DNA of 32,000 bases from Candidatus Saccharimonadota bacterium (GCA_001897305.1 MKSO01000001.1:510001-542000), one strand, 5' to 3'; positions 1-7,161 are shown, counted from the stretch's first letter. The notes: a model not told the origin generated them from the letters alone. Program-made: numbers and translations.

Positions 1-657
1 TACCAAAATAGCAGCAGCTTCTTCAAACGCTTCACGTGGGCTGATTGAGCCGTCGGTTTCAACGTTTACCTGGAGCTTATCAAGGTTGGTCTCTTGACCA
101 ACACGAGTTGCGTCAACCTTGTAACGTACACGAAGGACAGGGCTAAACATTGCATCCAAGGCGATCATGTCGCTGTGGAGGCGGTTTACGCTAGCGTCTT
201 CGATGGTTTGATACCCGCGACCAGCTTCAACAACGAGGTCAATAACGACAGACTTCTTTGGATCATCGATTGTAGCGATGATTTGGTCTGGGTTAATAAC
301 TTCAACGTCGGCAGTAGTTTTGATGTCGGCAGCAGTAATAGCGCCGGCACCCTTCTTCTCGATACGGAGCTCAACCGGCTCGTCTGAAGAAGATTTTACA
401 CGTACGTTCTTGAGGTTAAGCATGATGTCAACGACATCTTCTTTAATACCATCAACGGTTGTGAATTCGTGGCTTGCACCTTCAATACGGAAGGCGACAA
501 TTGCTGCACCCTTCACGCTTGATAAAAGCACGCGACGGAGGCTGTTACCGAGGGTGTTACCATAGCCGGCTTGAAGCGGCTCAATAACGAACGATGCACT
601 ATTTGCACCAGTTTCTTCAACTGCGGCAAGTGCTGGGTTGTGAATAACTTTTGACAT
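1..657 (-). CDS. rpoA: DNA-directed RNA polymerase alpha subunit, N-terminal 219 codons (gene runs off the window start)
   Basis: Missing from the ORF track because it has no stop inside the window. The reverse complement from ATG at 655-657 reads MSKVIHNPALAAVEETGANSASFVIEPLQAGYGNTLGNSLRRVLLSSVKGAAIVAFRIE..., typical of the alpha N-terminal domain. It follows rpsD as in the alpha operon. Confidence 0.9.
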   Translation of the reverse strand, partial: MSKVIHNPALAAVEETGANSASFVIEPLQAGYGNTLGNSLRRVLLSSVKGAAIVAFRIEGASHEFTTVDGIKEDVVDIMLNLKNVRVKSSSDEPVELRIEKKGAGAITAADIKTTADVEVINPDQIIATIDDPKKSVVIDLVVEAGRGYQTIEDASVNRLHSDMIALDAMFSPVLRVRYKVDATRVGQETNLDKLQVNVETDGSISPREAFEEAAAILV

Positions 658-675
658 ATCTTATCTCTCCTTACC

Positions 676-1293
676 CTATCGTGAGTAGTACTCAACAATT
701 AATTGCTCGTTAATGTCTGCTTCAGCTTCTTCGCGCTTTGGAGCGCCGGTAATTGAAATAGTCATTTTCTTGGCGTCGCTTTTTAGCCAGCTAAGTGAAC
801 CCTGAGTGCTTGCCTTTACAACATCGTCAAGAGTGGTAAAGTAACCAGACTTTTGGCTCTTTGGGCGAACAACCAGTTCGTCACCAGCTTTTAAGCGGAT
901 TGATGGAATATCGACACGACGACCGTTTAGCATGAAGTGTCCATGTCCAACGAGTTGCCTTGCAGCACGACGACTAGTAGCAAAACCAGCACGGTACACT
1001 GCGTTGTCGATACGTTGCTCGAGCATACGAAGAAGGTTCTCACCAGTTAGACCTGGTTGACGAGTAGCTTCATTCATAAGCTTAGCGAATTGCTTTTCAA
1101 GAAGACCGTACAAACGACGAACCTTCTGCTTTTCACGAAGTTGTGTCAGGTAAAGACTTGGCTTACCTTGACGGCCGTGGGCGTGAACACCAGGAATACC
1201 ACTCTTACGAGCCATAATCTTGTGCGCCTTAGGGTGAAGTGCATAGCCTTCACGACGGCTTTGTTTAACGATAGGTGAATTATCTCGTGCCAT
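676..1293 (-). CDS. rpsD: 30S ribosomal protein S4
   Basis: 205-aa ORF containing the S4 RNA-binding segment RIDNAVYRAGFATSRRAARQLVGHGHFMLNGRRVDIPS. Operon position is rpsK-rpsD-rpoA. Confidence 0.96.
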   Translation of the reverse strand: MARDNSPIVKQSRREGYALHPKAHKIMARKSGIPGVHAHGRQGKPSLYLTQLREKQKVRRLYGLLEKQFAKLMNEATRQPGLTGENLLRMLEQRIDNAVYRAGFATSRRAARQLVGHGHFMLNGRRVDIPSIRLKAGDELVVRPKSQKSGYFTTLDDVVKASTQGSLSWLKSDAKKMTISITGAPKREEAEADINEQLIVEYYSR

Positions 1294-1296
1294 AGC

Positions 1297-1692
1297 CTAT
1301 CCCCTTCGCACCTTACGTGGGCGTACGCCACCGTGTGGCACGCCAGTTACTTCTTTAATGCTATCGATGTTAATGTCAAACCCGTTCAACGCACGAATGG
1401 CTGAATCACGGCCTTGGCCAACACCTTTAACAAATACGTCAACCGACTTTAGGCCAAAGCCCTTAGCGGTTTCGGCTGCCTTTTCAGCAGCAACTTGGGC
1501 TGCATATGCAGTACCCTTTTTGCTTCCACGGAAACCAACTGCACCAGCACTACTTTGTGAAATAACGTTACCCTTCTTGTCAGAAAAGCTCACAATAGTA
1601 TTGTTGAAGGTTGCTTGAACGTGAAGTTGACCAGCGGGAACTGATCGCTTTTGCTTCTTTTTTGATGAAGCGCGTGATGTAGAATCTGCCAT
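1297..1692 (-). CDS. rpsK: 30S ribosomal protein S11
   Basis: 131-aa ORF with ...HVQATFNNTIVSFSDKKGNV...GFRGSKKGTAYAAQ..., typical of S11. It lies between rpsM and rpsD. Confidence 0.96.
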   Translation of the reverse strand: MADSTSRASSKKKQKRSVPAGQLHVQATFNNTIVSFSDKKGNVISQSSAGAVGFRGSKKGTAYAAQVAAEKAAETAKGFGLKSVDVFVKGVGQGRDSAIRALNGFDINIDSIKEVTGVPHGGVRPRKVRRG

Positions 1693-1707
1693 CTAATCGG
1701 TTCCTTT

Positions 1708-2094
1708 CTAGGTCTTACTTGCTGCTTTAGGTTGAGCACCACCAACGGCGATCGCGCGACCCTTACGAGTTCGTGCATTCGTACGTGTACGCTGACCGTT
1801 TACCGGCAGACCCGCCTTGTGGCGAAGACCGCGGTACGCGTTGATGTCTTTCAAACGTTTGATATTGTTAGTTACGAGACGCTGGAGGTCGCCCTCTACG
1901 GTGTAATCGGCGTCGATTACTTCGCGTAGTCGCTGTTCTTCAGCCTCGGTGAGATCTTTCACCCGAGTGGTCGGCTCAACTTTTGCCGCCGCAAGGATGT
2001 CTCGTGCAAACTTCGGACCGATGCCGTAAATATACGTCAAAGCGATCTGAACTTGCTTTTCAGCGGGTATTACTACCCCTGCAATTCGAGCCAT
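1708..2094 (-). CDS. rpsM: 30S ribosomal protein S13
   Basis: 128-aa ORF starting [34 protein letters not shown]..., the classic S13 N-terminus. Confidence 0.96.
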   Translation of the reverse strand: MARIAGVVIPAEKQVQIALTYIYGIGPKFARDILAAAKVEPTTRVKDLTEAEEQRLREVIDADYTVEGDLQRLVTNNIKRLKDINAYRGLRHKAGLPVNGQRTRTNARTRKGRAIAVGGAQPKAASKT

Positions 2095-2096
2095 GC

Positions 2097-2213
2097 TTAA
2101 CCCTGCCTTTGCTTATTCTTAGGTTTTTTCTTGTTGATGACACGCAAGCGGCCCTTACGGCGCACTAGCTGGTCATCTGGACTGATTTTCTTTACACTCG
2201 CACGAACTTTCAT
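2097..2213 (-). CDS. rpmJ: 50S ribosomal protein L36 (38 aa, lacking the usual Cys/His zinc ligands)
   Basis: Below the ORF-track size cutoff, so translated by hand as [38 protein letters not shown], from ATG 2211-2213 to TAA 2097-2099. It lies in the canonical infA-rpmJ-rpsM position. Confidence 0.88.
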   Translation of the reverse strand: MKVRASVKKISPDDQLVRRKGRLRVINKKKPKNKQRQG

Positions 2214-2233
2214 GAGTTCAAGAATTCCTCCAG

Positions 2234-2464
2234 TTAAATTTGGTCCTTGTGGCGGTACGTGATTCGTCCCTTCGTAAGATCGTAAGGGGTCATCTCAACA
2301 TCCACCATATCACCAGGCACTAAGCGAATATAGTTTTTACGCATTTTTCCGCTAATGTGCGCGATGATGCTCAGGCCATTCTCGAGTTCAACCTTAAATT
2401 GAGTATTAGGCAGTGCTTCCACCACCTTGCCTCGCATTTTGATTACCTCTTTAGAATTAGCCAT
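2234..2464 (-). CDS. infA: Translation initiation factor IF-1
   Basis: 76-aa ORF with ...[62 protein letters not shown], an S1-like OB fold typical of IF-1. Confidence 0.96.
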   Translation of the reverse strand: MANSKEVIKMRGKVVEALPNTQFKVELENGLSIIAHISGKMRKNYIRLVPGDMVDVEMTPYDLTKGRITYRHKDQI

Positions 2465-2610
2465 AAGTTACAGTAGTGTATTATACACCAAAAGTTAGTT
2501 CAGGTAAAGCGTTTTCAAGAATATACCTTCCGACTTTTTCGGAGTGGTACGTCATAATAGACTTATTTTAGCAAATCGCTAACACGAGTCAATAGTTTGA
2601 TTGTTATGTA

Positions 2611-2654
2611 CCCTTCTCTACTGCTCACAAAAAGTTATGAAAACTAGAGAAGGG
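2611..2654 (-). terminator. 10-bp inverted repeat (CCCTTCTCTA ... TAGAGAAGGG, 24-nt loop) just downstream of the 122-aa ORF
   Basis: The two arms at 2611-2620 and 2645-2654 are exactly complementary. The loop is large and there is no clear U-tract, so terminator function is uncertain. Confidence 0.3.
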
Positions 2655-2691
2655 ACAGGAGGCATCAACGACGCCACCAGCCCTGTTCTCG

Positions 2692-3060
2692 TCAGCGACG
2701 CGGAATCAGCACGACGTGTGCCTGGTCTTCGTCGTTGAGGGTGATGGCCGGCATGAGGTTTTGCTCGTTGAGCCGGGTTTTGAGTATGTAGCCGATCGCC
2801 TCGACACCTTGCGACTGCTGGTCGATGTTGGCCAACCCGCAGAAGTACTGGAACTGCTCGATGGACATGAAGTACTCGTCCACCGTTCCGTTGGCGATGG
2901 CTTCGTGAAGAGGCTCTTTGGTAAAGCCTTCACGGACATGCAGGTTTCGGAGCCTCTGGTAGGTGCCGAGAACAATGTTCACCGCATTGGCATCATACAC
3001 CGTACGGACGTACTGTTTGCGCAGCGCTTCGGTGCTTGGGATCGTACTTCCGTTAGGCAC
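2692..3060 (-). CDS. Hypothetical protein, 122 aa, compositionally foreign (high GC, GC-rich third codon positions)
   Basis: GTG start at 3058-3060, preceded by AGGAGG with a 5-nt spacer. The protein is globular-looking (MPNGSTIPSTEALRKQYVRTVYDANAVNIV...) and the stop is TGA. The long antisense ORF 2716-3231 is the kind of shadow expected in GC-rich coding DNA. I recognise no family. Confidence 0.7.
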   Translation of the reverse strand: MPNGSTIPSTEALRKQYVRTVYDANAVNIVLGTYQRLRNLHVREGFTKEPLHEAIANGTVDEYFMSIEQFQYFCGLANIDQQSQGVEAIGYILKTRLNEQNLMPAITLNDEDQAHVVLIPRR

Positions 3061-3083
3061 GGACGCCTCCTGTCAAAAATACG

Positions 3084-3104
3084 CTCCACATCCGGGGTGT
3101 GGAG
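3084..3104 (-). terminator. Terminator-like hairpin (CTCCACA / TGTGGAG, 7-nt loop) followed on the minus strand by CGUAUUUUU
   Basis: 7-bp perfect stem. It lies about 95 nt downstream of the secY stop and immediately upstream of the SD of the 122-aa ORF, so it could be the secY terminator and/or a leader attenuator. Confidence 0.45.
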
Positions 3105-3114
3105 TCATATTTAT

Positions 3115-3123
3115 ATTATACCA
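3115..3123 (-). promoter_or_regulatory. Extended -10 promoter element TGgTATAAT (minus strand) upstream of the 122-aa ORF
   Basis: Forward 3115-3123 is attatacca, whose reverse complement is TGGTATAAT. It lies 54 nt upstream of the GTG start. I saw no convincing -35 element. Confidence 0.35.
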
Positions 3124-3153
3124 CAAAATACATATAAAAGCGAGTATTTGACT

Positions 3154-3213
3154 CTATCGGTCGTAATACTACGGGGTAACAACGCCCGTGGGTTCCTCCC
3201 TATCGGTCGTAAT
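3154..3213. repeat. Exact 14-nt direct repeat CTATCGGTCGTAAT (3154-3167 and 3200-3213), with copy starts 46 nt apart
   Basis: Read directly from the sequence. The second copy is the last four codons plus the stop of secY. The first copy is intergenic. The 32 nt between them contain a small hairpin (ACGGG...CCCGT). Confidence 0.85.
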
Positions 3214-4615
3214 CGTCGTAGGTCACCATAAGGGCGCGCGAGTTGATCTGGCGAAGCGTCTCAAGCCCTACAGATACAACAATCAGCAAACCAGTACCAC
3301 CAATTGAGAGGTTGGTATTTGTAATGCCAGCAAAGTGATAAAGCAAATATTCGGCTGCGAACGGTGTAACAGCAATAAGACCAAGCACAACTGAACCAAA
3401 CAGGATTAAACGATTAACGGTAGTTGTAAGGTATTTCTCGGTTTGCTTACCTGGGCGTACACCTTCAATGAAACCACCTTGCTTCTGAAGGTTTTCGGCA
3501 ATCTCACTGGCATTAAATACAATACCTGTATAGAAGTACGTAAAGAATATAACAAGTACAAAGTACACAATTGGGTAAATAAAGGCTTCTAATGAAGTAC
3601 CTGTGAAGTTGCCTGGGTTAGGTGCTTGGAACCAGGTGATAAGGTTATTCGCCAACACCGCATAGGCTTCATTGCCGGTTGCTTTCAAAATTTGACCGAT
3701 AAAGGCTGGGAGTGACAGAAAAGCGACCGCGAAGATTACAGGAATAACACCGGCAGCGATGAGCTTAATTGGAAGAATACTTTTAATACCACCGTAGCTA
3801 CTATTACCTTGGACACGCTTAGCATAGTTAATTGTGACTACCCGCTGGGCTTCATTAATTTTCACCAAGAAGTACAGCAAGAAGAGCGACACTAACAGTA
3901 TGGCTAATATAGACCAGAACATAGTTGGGTTTACCGGCAATGTGAACCAGTTAAAGACATGGAGTGAACCAGAAGATGTATTGAATAGCGATGTGCCGAA
4001 AGTTGAAAGAATTGAAGGCAGTTGGCTAATAATACCAGCAAAAATGAGGAGGCTAATACCGTTACCTATACCCTGTTCGGTTATAAGCTCACCTAGCCAC
4101 ATAAGTAAAATAGCACCGGCTGACATTGCACCGACAGCTACGATCCACTCGATGGCGGTAGGGTCACCCAGGGCTGTCGAGTTACTCGCAAGCACCGTTT
4201 GACGCAAGATGAAAATATACGCAATTGACTGGACGATCGCCAATGGCACGGTAATCATACGGGTCCACTGGTTAATCTTGCGACGACCAGATTCACCATC
4301 CTTGTGGAGCTCTTCAAGACGCGGGATAGCCTTTGTAAGAAGCTGGGTAATAACCGAGGCGGTAATAAACGGGGTTAGTCCAACGAGAACGATCGAGAAG
4401 CTAGCCAGCGCACCACCGGAAAGTAGGTTCAAGAAACCACCAAAGTCGGTACCGCTCACAACGCTATTTACAACCTCTTTCAGCTGGGTTGGCTCGGCTA
4501 GTGGCACCGGAATGTGCGCCAATAAGCGGTATACGATAATAATACCAAGTACAATTAATAGCCGCTTTTGCATGTCGCGGTTTTTGAGCGATTTAAAGAT
4601 TGTTTTCCAGTTCAT
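3200..4615 (-). CDS. secY: Preprotein translocase subunit SecY
   Basis: 471-aa polytopic membrane protein (MNWKTIFKSLKNRDMQKRLLIVLGIIIVYRLLAHIPVP... through ...GTGLLIVVSVGLETLRQI), located in the canonical position after rplO. Confidence 0.96.
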   Translation of the reverse strand: MNWKTIFKSLKNRDMQKRLLIVLGIIIVYRLLAHIPVPLAEPTQLKEVVNSVVSGTDFGGFLNLLSGGALASFSIVLVGLTPFITASVITQLLTKAIPRLEELHKDGESGRRKINQWTRMITVPLAIVQSIAYIFILRQTVLASNSTALGDPTAIEWIVAVGAMSAGAILLMWLGELITEQGIGNGISLLIFAGIISQLPSILSTFGTSLFNTSSGSLHVFNWFTLPVNPTMFWSILAILLVSLFLLYFLVKINEAQRVVTINYAKRVQGNSSYGGIKSILPIKLIAAGVIPVIFAVAFLSLPAFIGQILKATGNEAYAVLANNLITWFQAPNPGNFTGTSLEAFIYPIVYFVLVIFFTYFYTGIVFNASEIAENLQKQGGFIEGVRPGKQTEKYLTTTVNRLILFGSVVLGLIAVTPFAAEYLLYHFAGITNTNLSIGGTGLLIVVSVGLETLRQINSRALMVTYDDYDR

Positions 4616-4659
4616 ACGGACTTTTTCCAGACTACCCCGAAGTTATACGATTTACCTTG

Positions 4660-4665
4660 ATTATA
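4660..4665 (-). promoter_or_regulatory. Candidate -10 box TATAAT for secY
   Basis: A perfect TATAAT on the minus strand, 44 nt upstream of the secY ATG. The -35 region is weak (ATTTCA with an 18-nt spacer). Confidence 0.4.
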
Positions 4666-4691
4666 CTACACAGATCGGCTTCATGAAATAG

Positions 4692-4739
4692 CCCAGGAGC
4701 CAATCTGCCGCACATTAAGCGAACAGATCAGCCCCTGGG
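4692..4739 (-). other. 16-bp hairpin (CCCAGGGGCUGAUCUG / CAGAUUGGCUCCUGGG with a 16-nt loop, minus-strand reading)
   Basis: All 16 positions pair, counting three G-U wobbles. It sits between the ORF-free segment and the secY promoter, so it may be the 3' terminator or stabiliser of the upstream RNA. The trailing U-tract is weak (CUAUUUCAU). Confidence 0.5.
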
Positions 4740-5124
4740 TGTCACCGGAGCGACGTGCGATATAGCGTAAGTATCCCGTACCAAAAGTACGTTACACTTA
4801 GCTTTACCAGCGGGCGGCGCTTCTAGCCGCTACTGTGATTCAAGTACATGAGGATCGCACTCCTGCATGCCTTATGGGTGCACTACGTATATCTTGACTT
4901 CCGTCATCAAGCCCGATCGGGCCTTCTAGATGTCGTACGCGTGCCGTATACACTACGCTTCCGGGCATCGAACGCCAAGAAACGGTTTGTGGGTGCATAG
5001 CACCTTTTCGTCCACTGTGGTGAATCACGCCCAGTAGGTGGTGGCAGATATAATATGTGAGTAATGTCGCCGGGTATCTAATCCTCCGATACACCCACTT
5101 AACCTGTCCGAATACATCATAGCA
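4740..5124 (-). ncRNA. Candidate structured non-coding RNA of unknown class (strand tentative)
   Basis: About 450 nt between rplO and secY with no credible ORF. It looks more GC-rich than the surrounding intergenic DNA and contains several local hairpins: 4777-4791, 4814-4830, 4911-4922 and 4992-5004. It is bracketed by the rplO terminator, a CCGACA-18-TATGAT promoter-like element, and the 16-bp hairpin at 4692-4739. I could not recognise the conserved cores of RNase P, SRP, tmRNA or T-box RNAs. Confidence 0.3.
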
Positions 5125-5152
5125 TAAAAAATACACCCCTGTCGGGGTGTAT
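5125..5152 (-). terminator. Rho-independent terminator after rplO
   Basis: On the minus strand the sequence is AUACACCCC-GACA-GGGGUGUAU followed by UUUUUU. The 9-bp stem lies 18 nt after the rplO stop. Confidence 0.8.
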
Positions 5153-5170
5153 TTAAAGGTGTAATATACA

Positions 5171-5653
5171 CTACTTGTCGCTGGCTTCAGCTTCCTTAGT
5201 ACTCTTGCGAAGCGGTACGGCTGTTTTTTCAAACACGCCACCAGCTTTGGCAATCGCTTCTTGCGAGCTCTTACTTGCACCGGCTACCTTAACGGTCAAT
5301 GCAGCAGTTAGTTCACCGCGAGTAATTACCTTAACGGTGTGGAAAGGTGTTGAGATGTAGCCCTGTTCGAAAAGAGTGGCGTTATCAACAGTCTTACCCT
5401 TAAAATCGTTAAGCGTATCGAGGTATACAACCTGAGCGGGCGTACGGAGGCTCTTGAAACCACGAGCCTTAGGCACGGCACGTACAAGCGTACGTTGACC
5501 ACCTTGGAAAGTAGCACCAAGCTTCTTACCAGTACGAGCGCCTTGACCCTTCGTACCACGACCAGCAGTTTTACCACCACCAGCGGCAATACCACGACCA
5601 ACACGCTTCTTGTCTTTGTTAGCCCCGGCGAGGAGTTCGTTATACTTAGTCAT
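5171..5653 (-). CDS. rplO: 50S ribosomal protein L15
   Basis: 160-aa ORF with ...KKRVGRGIAAGGGKTAGRGTKGQGARTG..., the glycine-rich N-terminus typical of L15. Confidence 0.95.
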   Translation of the reverse strand: MTKYNELLAGANKDKKRVGRGIAAGGGKTAGRGTKGQGARTGKKLGATFQGGQRTLVRAVPKARGFKSLRTPAQVVYLDTLNDFKGKTVDNATLFEQGYISTPFHTVKVITRGELTAALTVKVAGASKSSQEAIAKAGGVFEKTAVPLRKSTKEAEASDK

Positions 5654-6270
5654 TACTTCTCCTCCTTGTCAGCAGCTTTCTTAGCAGTAGCTTTTTTAGG
5701 AGCCTTTTCTGCACCAAGCCATTCTTCCTTAGGAACAAGGCCGCGAAGCGCTTCAATAGTAGCGTAAGCGATGTTTACCTTGTTCGTAGAGTTAAGTGAC
5801 TTAGAAAGAAGGTTACGAATACCAGTTACACCAATGATTGAACGAACGACACCACCGGCAATAATACCAGTACCAGGAGCAGCCGGCTTAAGAAGCACAC
5901 GCGCGCCACTGTATTTAACTTCGTTATCGTGAGGGATAGTTTCATTTACAATAGGAATAACGATAAGGTTCTTCTTTGCAATGTCAGTTGCCTTTTGAAC
6001 GGCAACTTGCACGTCAGCACCCTTGGCTACACCCACACCAACTTTGTTCTTGCGGTCACCTACAACAACAAGTGCCTTAAAGCGGAAACGACGTCCACCT
6101 TTTACCACACGTGAGACACGGTCGATGTTAATAACCAGTTCTTCAAATTGCTTTGGCTCTTGTGGAGCTTGGTCGCGGCGTGGGCCGCGGTTGTTACCGC
6201 CACGCTGACCACCACGGGTACCCTGTGCAGGTGCGGTAGTTGGCGCAGCTGTGTTTTGTACTTCAGCCAT
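5653..6270 (-). CDS. rpsE: 30S ribosomal protein S5 (205 aa using the ATG at 6268-6270)
   Basis: Contains ...LVINIDRVSRVVKGGRRFRFKALVVVGDRKNKVGVGVAKG..., the S5 dsRBD and C-terminal domain. The ORF-track start at 6303 would overlap rplR. The ATG at 6270 lies one nt after the rplR stop. The stop overlaps the rplO ATG (TAATG). Confidence 0.93.
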   Translation of the reverse strand: MAEVQNTAAPTTAPAQGTRGGQRGGNNRGPRRDQAPQEPKQFEELVINIDRVSRVVKGGRRFRFKALVVVGDRKNKVGVGVAKGADVQVAVQKATDIAKKNLIVIPIVNETIPHDNEVKYSGARVLLKPAAPGTGIIAGGVVRSIIGVTGIRNLLSKSLNSTNKVNIAYATIEALRGLVPKEEWLGAEKAPKKATAKKAADKEEK

Positions 6271-6271
6271 A

Positions 6272-6625
6272 TTAGAATTCCAATCCTTCCTTGCGTGCAG
6301 CATCAGCTAGGGCAGCAAGACGCTGAGCGTATTTGCGGCCGTTGCGGTCGAAGACAATCGCAGTAATCTTTGCTTTCTTTGCTTTCTTAGCGATATCAGC
6401 ACCAATCCAAGCAGCTTGCTCGGTCATAGTACCAGTTTGCTTTGTGCCAACAGTTGTCGCAGCGGCAACGGTGTGTTGCTTAACGTCATCAATGAGTTGG
6501 GCGCTAATGTGCTTGTTAGAAATAGTTACGGTCAGGCGTGGGCGTTCAGCAGTACCTGAAACCTTCGCACGAACACGAGCAGCACGGAGGCTACGATTTA
6601 CAAGTTTTTTATCGAGAGCGCTCAT
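6272..6625 (-). CDS. rplR: 50S ribosomal protein L18
   Basis: 117-aa ORF with ...RPRLTVTISNKHISAQLIDD...VFDRNGRKYAQRLAALADAARKEGLEF, typical of L18. Confidence 0.95.
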   Translation of the reverse strand: MSALDKKLVNRSLRAARVRAKVSGTAERPRLTVTISNKHISAQLIDDVKQHTVAAATTVGTKQTGTMTEQAAWIGADIAKKAKKAKITAIVFDRNGRKYAQRLAALADAARKEGLEF

Positions 6626-6627
6626 GA

Positions 6628-7161
6628 TTACTTACCTGCCTTTCCTGCTTTTCGAAGAATAACTTCGTCAGCATACTTAATACCCTTACCCTTGTATGGT
6701 TCAGGCTTTTTAAGAGCACGAATTTCAGCAGCAGTTTGACCCACAGCTTGCTTGTCGATACCCTTAACAGTAATTTCCATCTTGTTTACTTCAAGTTGGA
6801 CACCATCGCGAGCTTTGTATTTCACTGGGTGCGAGAACCCAAGGGCCATAGTGATTTCTTGGCCACCACCTTCAACACGGAACCCAACACCGTTTACTTC
6901 CAGCTTCTTTTCAAAGCCAGTTGTAACACCGTTGACTGCGTTGTTAAGAAGGGCACGTTGCAAACCGTGCTGTGCTTTGGCAATGCGCTCGTCGTCCTTA
7001 CGGGTAACAATAGCGTTGCCGTCCTCTAGTGAGACAGTTACGTCAGAGAGATGCGGTACTACTAGTTGGCCTTTAGGACCAACAACTGTAATAGCATCAT
7101 CAGCGACCGTGATTGTCACGCCTGAGGGAATTTGAATTGGTAGTTTTCCGATTCGACTCAT
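6628..7161 (-). CDS. rplF: 50S ribosomal protein L6
   Basis: 177-aa ORF starting MSRIGKLPIQIPSGVTITV..., with ...GFSHPVKY... and ...KKPEPYKGKGIKY, typical of L6. Confidence 0.96.
   Translation of the reverse strand: MSRIGKLPIQIPSGVTITVADDAITVVGPKGQLVVPHLSDVTVSLEDGNAIVTRKDDERIAKAQHGLQRALLNNAVNGVTTGFEKKLEVNGVGFRVEGGGQEITMALGFSHPVKYKARDGVQLEVNKMEITVKGIDKQAVGQTAAEIRALKKPEPYKGKGIKYADEVILRKAGKAGK

Noticed and set aside
2716-3231. 171-aa plus-strand ORF covering the high-GC region and the secY 3' end
   Set aside because: It is antisense to a better ORF that has a strong SD and a protein-like sequence. Its L/V/R/G-rich composition is typical of shadow frames in GC-rich coding DNA. It has no SD and would overlap secY.
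4724-4739. GGGGCTGATCTG on the minus strand resembles the 5' end of tmRNA (GGGGCUGAUUCUGG...)
   Set aside because: The segment pairs perfectly with a partner 30 nt away as a local hairpin. No tRNA-like T-arm or CCA-proximal 3' end, and no tag ORF, is present nearby.
4690-5125. Possibility that the spacer is RNase P RNA, SRP RNA, a T-box or a group II intron fragment
   Set aside because: On either strand I could not find GAGGAAAGUCC or ACAGAACCCGGCUUA, the SRP domain IV GGAA-loop context, the T-box sequence, or a domain V-like hairpin. Only partial 6-7-mers such as CCGGAAG and GGAAGUC match. It remains an unclassified candidate, and only a covariance-model search can settle this.
4840-5280. 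146-aa minus-strand ORF in the rplO-secY spacer
   Set aside because: It overlaps 110 nt of rplO in another frame, reads straight through the rplO terminator hairpin, has no SD, and has an implausible R/Y/C/H-rich sequence. I treat the region as non-coding.
6271-6303. N-terminal extension of rpsE in the ORF track. The same issue affects rplN 10798-10824, rplV 12849-12917, rplC 15550-15684 and rpsJ 16466-16549.
   Set aside because: The extensions do not resemble the respective ribosomal proteins, overlap upstream genes or predicted promoters, and in each case an internal ATG reproduces the canonical N-terminus.
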